DNA of 64,000 nucleotides from Fibrobacteria bacterium (GTDB lineage Bacteria; Fibrobacterota; Fibrobacteria; UBA11236): NCBI GenBank assembly GCA_043745805.1, contig JAYTSD010000006.1, positions 1 to 64,000 of the forward strand, read 5' to 3'. Shown piece by piece: positions 9,524 to 18,111 of this stretch (position 1 is its first letter; each line of letters starts with the position of its first letter). The notes under the pieces were generated by a model. It saw only the letters and a program-made list of their open reading frames with translations, ran no database searches and was not told where the DNA came from. The position numbers and the translations under genes were made by a program.

Positions 9524-9600
9524 ATGTAACACCTAGATAATCTACGATCATCGCTCGGTGGGACGAACCAGAGATGGCACCTCGCGCATTGGTGTTATCT
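9524..9600 (-). repeat. attC-like element
   Basis: Terminal inverted repeat TAACACC(9527-9533)/GGTGTTA(9591-9597); upstream gene's TAA lies inside AGATAAC; central hairpin CAT..CTC GGT/ACC GAG ATG. Confidence 0.55.
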
Positions 9601-9951
9601 AGCAATTTGTTTATGGTATAACGCAAGGCTAATGAAATAGGCAAGAATTGGAATTATCAAGCCAACCTTCCAAATCCCATTTTGAAGTAAACATGAGGAG
9701 GCAACGGCAAGAGTGTAAAGCAAAAGGGAGCCATTAAAAAACCAATAAAAATATTTTTTTGCCCATTGGTTTTTTTCGATACGCGAAATTGCCAAATTAA
9801 TAAGTCCAGTTAAGCCGTAGATTTGGAGAAATAAAAAAAGCAAAACGAATAAATACTTCGAACCGCTCAGGACTTCGTTCGGAATTCTGCGGATAAAGAT
9901 AATCCAAAAAAGAACCGATAAGAAATAACTAGTTCCAATGATTTTCGACAA
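9595..9951 (-). CDS. Hypothetical membrane protein (about 4 TM, cassette-like)
   Basis: Four hydrophobic stretches; TTG start; stop embedded in attC-like R box. Confidence 0.65.
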   Translation of the reverse strand: MSKIIGTSYFLSVLFWIIFIRRIPNEVLSGSKYLFVLLFLFLQIYGLTGLINLAISRIEKNQWAKKYFYWFFNGSLLLYTLAVASSCLLQNGIWKVGLIIPILAYFISLALYHKQIAR

Positions 9952-10050
9952 TATACTCTGCCTTTATTTGTCTTTTGGTTTTTCCTGATCCTAAAAATAA
10001 TTCACTTGATTGCACCGCAGAGGTCTTACTTCTTTTTGGGGCGGGTTTAC

Positions 10051-10125
10051 GACGAGGTTCAAGATCAGCGCCGCCTATTTACTCTTTAGTATTTATTGGA
10101 GCGGTGGATTATTGGTTTGTTCTGC
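10051..10125 (-). repeat. Degenerate attC-like element
   Basis: Minus strand begins GCAGAAC just after the gene stop and ends GCTGATCTTGAACCTCG; internal arms CCGC/GCGG and TACT/AGTA; about 75 bp. Confidence 0.35.
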
Positions 10126-10135
10126 TTGTACCCAC

Positions 10136-10453
10136 TTAATCTTGTGATTTCTGCATCCACGGTACCCAGGGGCTTTTACCTTCCTTAATTAATCTCTGAT
10201 AATCGGAAGGTAAATTCGAAATTTCCGTCCAAAATACAATTGTTTTACTTCCAAAAATTCCTGGTCCGAAATACTCCAGGTAGACTCTATCTTGAGTTTT
10301 CCCGATATATTGAGTTGATGTAGCACTATTCATCTTCTCTATTGTTGTACCCAATTTTATAAAATCATCTTTTCCTAAGTGCTCAATGTTTGTTTTACAT
10401 GAACTAAGAAGAACAACAACAAATATTTTATTTTCAGCATAATACCCCTTCAC
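10136..10453 (-). CDS. Putative small lipoprotein (cassette-like)
   Basis: Lipobox-like LLSSC; in-frame GTG at 10453 (track start 10504 lies inside the attC-like element); a better-RBS ATG at 10440 is out of frame. Confidence 0.55.
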   Translation of the reverse strand: MKGYYAENKIFVVVLLSSCKTNIEHLGKDDFIKLGTTIEKMNSATSTQYIGKTQDRVYLEYFGPGIFGSKTIVFWTEISNLPSDYQRLIKEGKSPWVPWMQKSQD

Positions 10454-10462
10454 TACTTGTGT

Positions 10463-10539
10463 CCATATAAGGCCTAGATAATTTGCAAGAATGGCCGCGC
10501 TCATGCAGCGAGCCCATGGACTAGCGAGGTGTAGTTTTA
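10463..10539 (-). repeat. attC-like element homologous to 9524-9600
   Basis: CCATATAAGGCCTAGATAATTTGCAA matches CCATGTAACACCTAGATAATCTACGA at 20/26; TAA-to-stop span 72 bp versus 71 bp; central hairpin ATGG..GCTC/GAGC CCAT. Confidence 0.5.
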
Positions 10540-11202
10540 TTCGCCAATTAACCTAAATAGGTATTTTTTGATCTCTGCTTTCGCCTCAACCAATAACCTT
10601 TGTTTTTCAGTTACTTCGGTTACTTCCTCGTGATTTAGATTCTTTTTTGATAAGACGCTGATGTTTTTTTTAAGCTGCTTTTCGACTCGGCTGAGTTTGT
10701 ACTTAAATTCGAGATAAGTTTTATTTAAAAATTCTCTGTGTTTGATTGACTCAGAATCATTTAAATGCAGTTGATCAATTGTCCATTCGCCCGCTGTACT
10801 TTGTTCCTTGATTTTAGCTCCAACAAATTTGAGATGATTAGTCATTATGTAATCGCAAGGATTTGGAATAAAAATTCCAGCAGAAATTTGCTCCGCACTA
10901 GGCCAAAAATTTGATTTCAATCTGTTGCAAGTATTGCAGGCTTGAAACAAATTTGAATATTCGTCTATTAAATCCGGAAATTTGGATTTGGGCTTATAAT
11001 GGTCGATTCCAAATTGGTCTTTTCTGCATAAGGAATCAGATCTTCGGCAATATATACATTTTCTTGCGAACTCTCTTCTAAGGAGAGTTTTAAGGAAAGC
11101 GCGTTGCTCTTTGTTTTTATAGCTAAGGTTTTTTTTTGGAGAATATTTCCGCAGGTGCAGGGCCTGCTGAAAATAGTAAGCAGGTATTTCGACTTTTGCC
11201 AT
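10537..11202 (-). CDS. HNH endonuclease
   Basis: CIYC...IDHYKPKSKF...YSNLFQACNTCNRLK (Zn-binding HNH); helical C-terminal tail. Confidence 0.85.
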   Translation of the reverse strand: MAKVEIPAYYFQQALHLRKYSPKKNLSYKNKEQRAFLKTLLRREFARKCIYCRRSDSLCRKDQFGIDHYKPKSKFPDLIDEYSNLFQACNTCNRLKSNFWPSAEQISAGIFIPNPCDYIMTNHLKFVGAKIKEQSTAGEWTIDQLHLNDSESIKHREFLNKTYLEFKYKLSRVEKQLKKNISVLSKKNLNHEEVTEVTEKQRLLVEAKAEIKKYLFRLIGE

Positions 11203-11204
11203 AA

Positions 11205-11678
11205 TTAATCAAGCAAATGCTCTATGCTATCAAACGAATTATTCAATCTTTCAGTAATATTTTCGAGATTTTTGAAATCCTCTTCCTGAACTCTAGGTAT
11301 TGCCATAATAGTTCTTTGAGTTGCGATTTCAAATCGAACACGATCTTCGGTTGAGAGAGACTTGGTGGCATATTTTCTGCAAAGTAATTCTAGTCGATTA
11401 TTGATATCTTGCTCAAGCTGGCTTGAAAAAATATTTTCGGAATCTTGAAAATCTGATTGCGATGAAACTTTTGTTTGTGTAAGGTTCGTCCCTTTCAATG
11501 TGTTTCCAAATAGTTTACCTAAAGCGTTTTCCTCGATTAGTTTATCAATGAGTGTCTGGAGAGGGGTATATGCAGTGTTTGAGTTTTGGTTAGTCGAATT
11601 AATAGGAGCTGAATGTTTGGCATTTAATTCTGAAAAATGCTTTTCCCAGTTATATGATGTTTCTATAGCGATAACCAT
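11205..11678 (-). CDS. Hypothetical protein (middle gene of TIGR04255-HNH operon)
   Basis: 157-aa ORF, 2 bp from HNH start, RBS AAAGGG; S/T/N/Q-rich N-half, helical C-half. Confidence 0.7.
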   Translation of the reverse strand: MVIAIETSYNWEKHFSELNAKHSAPINSTNQNSNTAYTPLQTLIDKLIEENALGKLFGNTLKGTNLTQTKVSSQSDFQDSENIFSSQLEQDINNRLELLCRKYATKSLSTEDRVRFEIATQRTIMAIPRVQEEDFKNLENITERLNNSFDSIEHLLD

Positions 11679-11705
11679 ATTAACCCTTTCTTTTAGAACG
11701 CTTAA

Positions 11706-12449
11706 CTAAGACTTTTCCTCTGGTAATTCTAGCATGCTTCTTGCTTTTTCACCTAAGCACCAATAAAAAAATGAAAAATTGTACTGGTGAAAAGATTGAA
11801 GCGTTTCCTTTATATTATCTATCGCAACCATTTCTTTATAGTAGTCGAAGTCTAAAAAATACTCAGGTTTTTGACTTTCAGATTCAAGGGGCTTCACTCC
11901 ATGTCTGAAATTATACATTCCAGTTTGAAGCCGCCCCGAAACTATTTGCGAATATTGACTAAGGTCACCAAAAGTATCATCCTCAAAAGGGCCGACTAGT
12001 TTTGGGTTAACGAACCCCTTAAACTCTACGCCATCAATAGGGATGAGGTTAATGTAGCGCAGGCCGATTCTGGTGAAAAAATCTGTGTCGATGCTCGGTA
12101 TAGATGCACTCAATACGTTTTCTAATCTTGTTAAAAAATCTTCAAAGGTTTTATAGGCTCTGGTTTCTAGTGAAATGGAATCTTGCTTGATTGTAACAAA
12201 CCATTTGCTATCTGATGAATGAAGTGTATAGTACTGCGTAGCGCTAGTTTTATTTAATCCCACATCTAATGATTTAACCGTATTAAAAAGTGGGTAGTTT
12301 TTTCGCAATTTTTTTTGGATTTCAACTGGAGGGGCTTTTTCGAACTCAAGAATTGTCGGAAATTTCATTTCACAAACCGCTGTGTTTATAAAATTCCTAT
12401 CAAATTTTCTGGAGTTGGTATGAGGTATGTTTAGAAATTTTTTTTCCAT
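11706..12449 (-). CDS. TIGR04255-family protein
   Basis: AVCEMKFP, SISLETRAYKTFEDF, TRIGLRYINLI, YFLDFDY motifs recognised by eye. Confidence 0.8.
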   Translation of the reverse strand: MEKKFLNIPHTNSRKFDRNFINTAVCEMKFPTILEFEKAPPVEIQKKLRKNYPLFNTVKSLDVGLNKTSATQYYTLHSSDSKWFVTIKQDSISLETRAYKTFEDFLTRLENVLSASIPSIDTDFFTRIGLRYINLIPIDGVEFKGFVNPKLVGPFEDDTFGDLSQYSQIVSGRLQTGMYNFRHGVKPLESESQKPEYFLDFDYYKEMVAIDNIKETLQSFHQYNFSFFYWCLGEKARSMLELPEEKS

Positions 12450-12785
12450 ATTCTTTCAGAAGATAAAAATAAGAGTCAAATATTGGCACATGTCTTTTGG
12501 ATGGCGTAAACCTTAGTATGTTAATAATTTGATTGGCTCGATGCAACTACTGGTTGCCTTCGATTTTACTTGAAATTAAGTTCATTCTCTCTAAGCGCTC
12601 AGGACGAGCGGCTTTTTTTGTTGCGCGGCGTTATTCACTACAACTCTCCCCAAAAGCCAACATCCAACCAAATTTCATCAAATTAGCCCATTCAAACCAT
12701 TGAGCCATTCCCCCCCCTTTTTTACCTTACCACAATTGAACAAAATTTATGCCCGCCCAATCAGCGGATCAAATAGGGAATTTCA

Positions 12786-14066
12786 ATGCCAAACCGAATT
12801 GTTGTAGGTGCCCAATGGGGAGACGAAGGAAAAGCTAAAATTGTAGACTATCTCATGGATGAAGGCGACATTGTCGTCCGTTTCCAAGGTGGCGCGAATG
12901 CGGGTCATACGGTAGAGGTCGGCGATGAAAAATTCATTTTCCATCTCATTCCTTCGGGCATTATGCATCCCGAAAAAGTTTGCTTAATTGGCAATGGGGT
13001 GGTTTTAGATCCTGCACAGCTTTTACTGGAAATCGAAGAAATTAAAGCCAAAGGTTTTAAAGTTGAAAATCGACTTTTCTTGGCCGAAAATGCGCATGTG
13101 GTTATGCCTTATCACAAAGTCATGGATCAGCTTAAAGAAAAAGCGGCGGGCAAAAATGCGATTGGTACTACCGGCCGAGGTATTGGACCTGCTTATTCCG
13201 ATAAAGTAAATCGTTCCGGAATTCGCGTAGCCGATTTATTAGATGCCACGCTTTTGCGTGACAAGGTTAACTTGTATGTTACCTCTAATAATGCCATTAT
13301 TGAAAAAATGTATGGCGGCGAGCCCTTATCTGCTGAAGCGGTTTACGCTGAATATTTGGAATATGGAAATAAACTGCGTACTTATGTGCGTGATACCGTG
13401 GTGTATCTTAATGAAGCTTTGAAAAGAGGCGAACAGCTTTTGTTTGAAGGCGCACAAGGCACTATTCTCGATGTGGATCATGGCACTTATCCATACGTTA
13501 CCTCCTCGAATACCGTTTCCGCTTCGGCCTGTATTGGTTCGGGCGTAGGCCCCACGGCTATTGATCAGGTGATTGGCGTGGTGAAAGCGTATACCACGCG
13601 GGTTGGCAATGGCCCTTTTCCTACGGAATTAAATGGCGAAGAAGGTGAAACTTTACGTCGTATTGGTCATGAATTTGGAGCAACCACGGGACGCTCGCGT
13701 CGCTGTGGTTGGTTTGATGCGGTGTTAGTGCGTCGCGCGGCCATGGTAAATGGCTTAACGCATTTAGCGATTACCAAAATGGATGTAATGGATGGCTTTG
13801 AGTCCATTCAGATTTGCACTTCGTATATGATTGATGGCGTAAAAGTGGATCATTTCCCTTCACAACTCTCGCGTTTAGAACGTGTGCAACCGGTTTATGA
13901 AACTATGCCTGGCTGGAAATCTTCTACGGAAGGGATTACCACTTGGGAAGGCTTGCCGCAAAATGCACGCAATTATTTGCAGCGTTTATCGGATTTATTA
14001 GAATTACCCATTGGCATTATTTCTTTAGGACCCAAGCGTCATCAAACCATCAAACTCAGTTTGTGA
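12786..14066 (+). CDS. purA: Adenylosuccinate synthetase
   Basis: GAQWGDEGK, QGGANAGHT, EGAQGTILD, GATTGRSRRCGW. Confidence 0.98.
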   Translation: MPNRIVVGAQWGDEGKAKIVDYLMDEGDIVVRFQGGANAGHTVEVGDEKFIFHLIPSGIMHPEKVCLIGNGVVLDPAQLLLEIEEIKAKGFKVENRLFLAENAHVVMPYHKVMDQLKEKAAGKNAIGTTGRGIGPAYSDKVNRSGIRVADLLDATLLRDKVNLYVTSNNAIIEKMYGGEPLSAEAVYAEYLEYGNKLRTYVRDTVVYLNEALKRGEQLLFEGAQGTILDVDHGTYPYVTSSNTVSASACIGSGVGPTAIDQVIGVVKAYTTRVGNGPFPTELNGEEGETLRRIGHEFGATTGRSRRCGWFDAVLVRRAAMVNGLTHLAITKMDVMDGFESIQICTSYMIDGVKVDHFPSQLSRLERVQPVYETMPGWKSSTEGITTWEGLPQNARNYLQRLSDLLELPIGIISLGPKRHQTIKLSL

Positions 14067-14072
14067 GGTGCT

Positions 14073-14765
14073 ATGAAAAAAAAGTTGGAATTGCTGAAAG
14101 GCGTAGATTTATTTTCCACTTTAGATGATAAGCAGCTCGCCAGCATGGGCGAGATGATGCGGGATAAGACTTATAAAAAAAATGAAATCATTATTTTGGA
14201 AGTGGATGATCCCGATCCCGCTTTATTTGTAATTGCCGAAGGTCAGGTAAAAGTTTCCTTAACTTCCGAAGATGGCCGCGAGGCCATTATTGCTTTGCTC
14301 AAAGAGGGTGATTTTTTTGGAGAGATGGCTTTGCTCGATGGAGAGCCTCGTTCGGCAACGGTTAAAGCCGTGGACGATTCGCATGTTTTCATTATTCGCA
14401 GAGAAGACTTTTTGCAATACATGAAGCATAAGCCAGAATTAGCTATGACTTTGTTAAGTGAAATGTCGCGGCGTTTGCGTAAAACCAACAGACAAATATC
14501 TTCGCTAGCCATGATGCGTGTATGTGGCCGCTTAGCGGGAACGCTATTGCAAATTATGGAAGAAAAGGGTATCCGTTCCAAAACCAAAGAGGGGCGAATC
14601 ATTACTGTAATTCATGATAGGCCTACCCATCAAACCTTGGCAGAAATGTCGGGTACCTCAAGAGAGACCGTATCACGCATGTTAAAGCATTTGCAGGATA
14701 AAGGGTATGTGGCGATAAACGGAAAAGATCTTTTTATTCTCCAAGAAGAACATTTAAGGACATAA
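14073..14765 (+). CDS. Crp/Fnr family transcriptional regulator
   Basis: FFGEMALLDGEPRSATV cNMP domain; THQTLAEMSGTSRETVSR HTH. Confidence 0.93.
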   Translation: MKKKLELLKGVDLFSTLDDKQLASMGEMMRDKTYKKNEIIILEVDDPDPALFVIAEGQVKVSLTSEDGREAIIALLKEGDFFGEMALLDGEPRSATVKAVDDSHVFIIRREDFLQYMKHKPELAMTLLSEMSRRLRKTNRQISSLAMMRVCGRLAGTLLQIMEEKGIRSKTKEGRIITVIHDRPTHQTLAEMSGTSRETVSRMLKHLQDKGYVAINGKDLFILQEEHLRT

Positions 14766-14799
14766 AAGAGTAAGCCATGGGCATTAAGGTTTTTTGCAA

Positions 14800-15540
14800 A
14801 TGAATTTTTCCAAACTTTTGGCGAAGCCTTTGGTTTTCGGCTTAACTTTATGGTCCGCTTTCGCGTTGATTGTCTATGTATTGATTAATAGTTTAATCAT
14901 GCCTTACTTAGCCGGAAAATTTACCGGTACCGTGGCGGTTCCCGCTTTAACAGGACTTGCGCCGGAGCAAGCCAAAAATATTTTGTCGCAAAATCATTTA
15001 TTATTCATGCTCGATTCTACTGGCGATTATAGCCAAAATATCAAAGCCGGATTGGTGCAAGGTCAATATCCATTAAGTGGAGCCACGGTTAAAAAAGGCC
15101 GGAGAGTTTGGATTAAAATCAGTAAGGGTTTTAAAAGTGAGGAATTACCTAGCTTAAAGGGACTTTCTTTACGGCAAGCGGAGATCACCTTACAACAATT
15201 GGGTTTGCGCTTAGGCCAAGTGAGTTATCTCAAGCAAAGTAATATTCCTGCGGGAGCGGTTATTGCCAGTCATCCTGCGGCCCATGCGCTTTTAGAAAAA
15301 GGTCATGCGGTAAATTTGGAAATCAGTGAAGGCAAGGAAGAACAAGTCACCAAGCTTCCCGATTTCAAAGGACAATCCTTAACGCAGACTAAAATGCAAT
15401 TGTTAAAGTTAAGGTTACGTCTCGGAAAAGTGACTTATCAAAAACAGAAAAAAAGTTTGCCGAATACAATCTTATCGCAAACGCCAATGCCGGGAAGTAA
15501 AATGAACGGGACAATGGTGGACTTAATGGTTTCTCAATAA
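14800..15540 (+). CDS. PASTA-domain membrane protein (three PASTA repeats, no kinase domain)
   Basis: N-terminal TM then VPALTG, LPSLKG, LPDFKG repeats. Confidence 0.88.
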   Translation: MNFSKLLAKPLVFGLTLWSAFALIVYVLINSLIMPYLAGKFTGTVAVPALTGLAPEQAKNILSQNHLLFMLDSTGDYSQNIKAGLVQGQYPLSGATVKKGRRVWIKISKGFKSEELPSLKGLSLRQAEITLQQLGLRLGQVSYLKQSNIPAGAVIASHPAAHALLEKGHAVNLEISEGKEEQVTKLPDFKGQSLTQTKMQLLKLRLRLGKVTYQKQKKSLPNTILSQTPMPGSKMNGTMVDLMVSQ

Positions 15541-17306
15541 TGATTTCGAAAAAAAAAGCAATTTATTTATTAAGTATAACTATTTGCAGTATTTTATTTG
15601 AATGCACTTCGCCTCCTCCACAAAACAAACTCATTGATAAAAAAACGGATAGTGTAAAAATCGATAAAAGAATTTATGCGCATGAATTTTTTTTAAGAGC
15701 TTTGCAACATGAATGGGCGGGTAATGAGGCCGTGGTTTCAAGTTACTATCAAATAGCTAGTGAATACGATCCGCAAAGTCGCGATTTATGTTTTTTATAT
15801 GCGGATAAATTAAAGACTTCACGAAAACTGGATACAGCCTTAAAGGTGGCAGCGCATTGCTTAGAATTGGAAGGCATTACGGCAAGTAATGAATTGCAAA
15901 TCATTGGGGAAATTTATTTACGCAAAGGAGAAATGGCGCAAGCCTTGGTCTATTATAATAAGGCCCTGGATTTAGATGATAAGGATAGAGATTTACTTTA
16001 TACTCTAGCAACACTTTATGAAAGCATCAAGGATATTCCAAAATATACCTTGGTCATGGAAAAGTTACTCCCAAAAATAGATTACCCAGCTCAACTCGTA
16101 GACCACCAAGCACATAACTATATGGTTGCGGGGAAGCTGGATAAATTACCCAAACTATATACCGAAGCTTGGGAGCATACGAATAATATTGTTTTCGGGG
16201 AAAAATTGGCGGCTTTTTATGAAGAGCAAGAAATGTACAGTAATCTCATTGAGGTATATCGTCATTTGGAAATGGCCGATTCCGACAATACCAAATACAG
16301 TTTACAAAAAGCTCGTGCTTTTGAATTAGCAAAATTACCAGATTCTGCTCTAGTGACTTTTGCGGATTTAAATAAAAAGCATCCGGGTGAAAAAGAAATC
16401 ATGTCACCTTATGCCAGCTTGCTTTTCGAAAAAAAACAGTATGCGGAAGTAAAAGATATCCTAATCTCCTTAATAAAAATGCAGCCCAATAGTTCGGGAT
16501 TTCATTTTTTATTAGCCTCTACGGCTTTTGATTTGAAAGAGCTTACACTTGCCGAAAGTGAATTTAAAAGAGCTTTAGAAATCGATACAAAAGTCCCTGA
16601 TTATTGGGCCAAGCTCGCCTTTTTTTACATCCACGGAAATCGAGATGCGGAAGCTTTTGAATTATTGGAAAAAATGACTAAGGAACAAGAAAAAAATTGG
16701 ATGTCATGGTATCTTCGCGGATTAGTTTTTTTTCAAGTCGCTAAAAAAATTGAAGAAAATAAGGATAGCGCGCAGGTTACGGGTGATTTACGTACTCAAA
16801 AAATCACAGCCTATCGTGAATCAGGGATTATTAGTTATCAACGGGCTATAAATCTAGATGAAAAAAATCCTCGGGTTTATTTTGAATTAGGAATTGCTTT
16901 AGAATCGGTTAAAAGAAAAGCCGAAAGTATTGTGGTGTTGAAAAAACTAGTGCAATTCGATTCTACGGATCCGGTAATACTCAATTACTTAGGTTATTTG
17001 TTAGTGGAACAAAATCAGGAAGCGGAATACTCCTTGCATTTGATTGACAAGGCTTTACAGCTCGATCCTCACAATGGCGCCATTTTGGATTCCAAGGGTT
17101 GGTGGTATTTTCAACAAAATAATTTTAAGCAAGCACGAATATTTATAGAGCAAGCGTTTAAAACTATTCCCAATGATACTTCGCTTTTAGAACATTATGC
17201 GCTTGTGTTGGAAAAATTGGGCGAACGGGATGCGGCGATAGAAAAATGGAAAATGATATTGAAGCTTGATCCTGAGCATGAATTGGCGCATAGGAAAGTG
17301 AATTGA
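15540..17306 (+). CDS. TPR-repeat lipoprotein
   Basis: Lipobox-like LFEC; multiple TPRs; LNYLGY...DSKGW motif. Confidence 0.85.
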   Translation: MISKKKAIYLLSITICSILFECTSPPPQNKLIDKKTDSVKIDKRIYAHEFFLRALQHEWAGNEAVVSSYYQIASEYDPQSRDLCFLYADKLKTSRKLDTALKVAAHCLELEGITASNELQIIGEIYLRKGEMAQALVYYNKALDLDDKDRDLLYTLATLYESIKDIPKYTLVMEKLLPKIDYPAQLVDHQAHNYMVAGKLDKLPKLYTEAWEHTNNIVFGEKLAAFYEEQEMYSNLIEVYRHLEMADSDNTKYSLQKARAFELAKLPDSALVTFADLNKKHPGEKEIMSPYASLLFEKKQYAEVKDILISLIKMQPNSSGFHFLLASTAFDLKELTLAESEFKRALEIDTKVPDYWAKLAFFYIHGNRDAEAFELLEKMTKEQEKNWMSWYLRGLVFFQVAKKIEENKDSAQVTGDLRTQKITAYRESGIISYQRAINLDEKNPRVYFELGIALESVKRKAESIVVLKKLVQFDSTDPVILNYLGYLLVEQNQEAEYSLHLIDKALQLDPHNGAILDSKGWWYFQQNNFKQARIFIEQAFKTIPNDTSLLEHYALVLEKLGERDAAIEKWKMILKLDPEHELAHRKVN

Positions 17307-18019
17307 AAATAAGTTTTCAAAGCCTACTTTTTTTTGCTTGGATTTTTTTGAACTGTGCAACCTCTTTGCATCATCCTACCGGATTGGCTCGACTCGAAGG
17401 AAAAAACCTAACAGGTCCGGCATGGCCCGATTCTTTGCGTGCGGAATTACAAGTTACGAGTATTGAAGGGGACAAAAAAAACTCTACGGCGGCTGTGCTA
17501 AGTGCAATTCCTTTACAACGCTACAAAATGGATTTTTATCCCTTTCCAGGTTATTTGGGCGGCAGTTTTTTTTGGGACCATTCCGATTGGCATTTAGCCA
17601 TTTACGATAAGGGCATTTTTGTAGGGGATAAGGGCGATAGCATTTTTTTTCCAAGCATGCAAAAAAATGGGCAAAGAGGACTTCCGCTTACGTTTATTTT
17701 GGGGGCATTATGGGAAGGCTATTGGCCAATGGAAAAGGATAGTGTCCTAGCTGAAGGGGCAAATACTTGGCGTATTGAGAATGCGAAAGAAATCCGTCAT
17801 ATGCAAATAAATGCTAATGGACTGATTCAAACGATTTGGGATAAAGATAAAATTTTGGAATTGCAATTTTCAGATTATTTCATCATGCAAAATCGAATGA
17901 TACCTAAGCATTGGGTGGTAAAGGCTGAGGGAAAAATTTTTCTTGAAATTAAGGTTGATAAATTGGAGTTCAATCCTCATTGGCATAAATCTCCTTTTTT
18001 CATTCTCCCTGCCAAATAA
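17303..18019 (+). CDS. Putative lipoprotein, possibly LolA/LolB-fold
   Basis: Lipobox-like FLNC; beta-rich; follows TPR gene. Confidence 0.5.
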   Translation: MKISFQSLLFFAWIFLNCATSLHHPTGLARLEGKNLTGPAWPDSLRAELQVTSIEGDKKNSTAAVLSAIPLQRYKMDFYPFPGYLGGSFFWDHSDWHLAIYDKGIFVGDKGDSIFFPSMQKNGQRGLPLTFILGALWEGYWPMEKDSVLAEGANTWRIENAKEIRHMQINANGLIQTIWDKDKILELQFSDYFIMQNRMIPKHWVVKAEGKIFLEIKVDKLEFNPHWHKSPFFILPAK

Positions 18020-18111
18020 TGACTGCTTTTACTTCGGCGAGCATTCTGCTTAAGGCTTTTTAACCCCTGATTTTGTAGATTTCTGGGAGATTTTATCCAA
18101 AGGAAAATCCT

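Noticed and set aside
12592-12620. GCGCTC/GAGCG hairpin plus T7 as a plus-strand terminator
   Set aside because: No plus-strand gene upstream; equally explained as an attC remnant, so not called.
7941-12640. Prophage or IS element
   Set aside because: No integrase, transposase, terminal inverted repeats or phage structural genes recognised.
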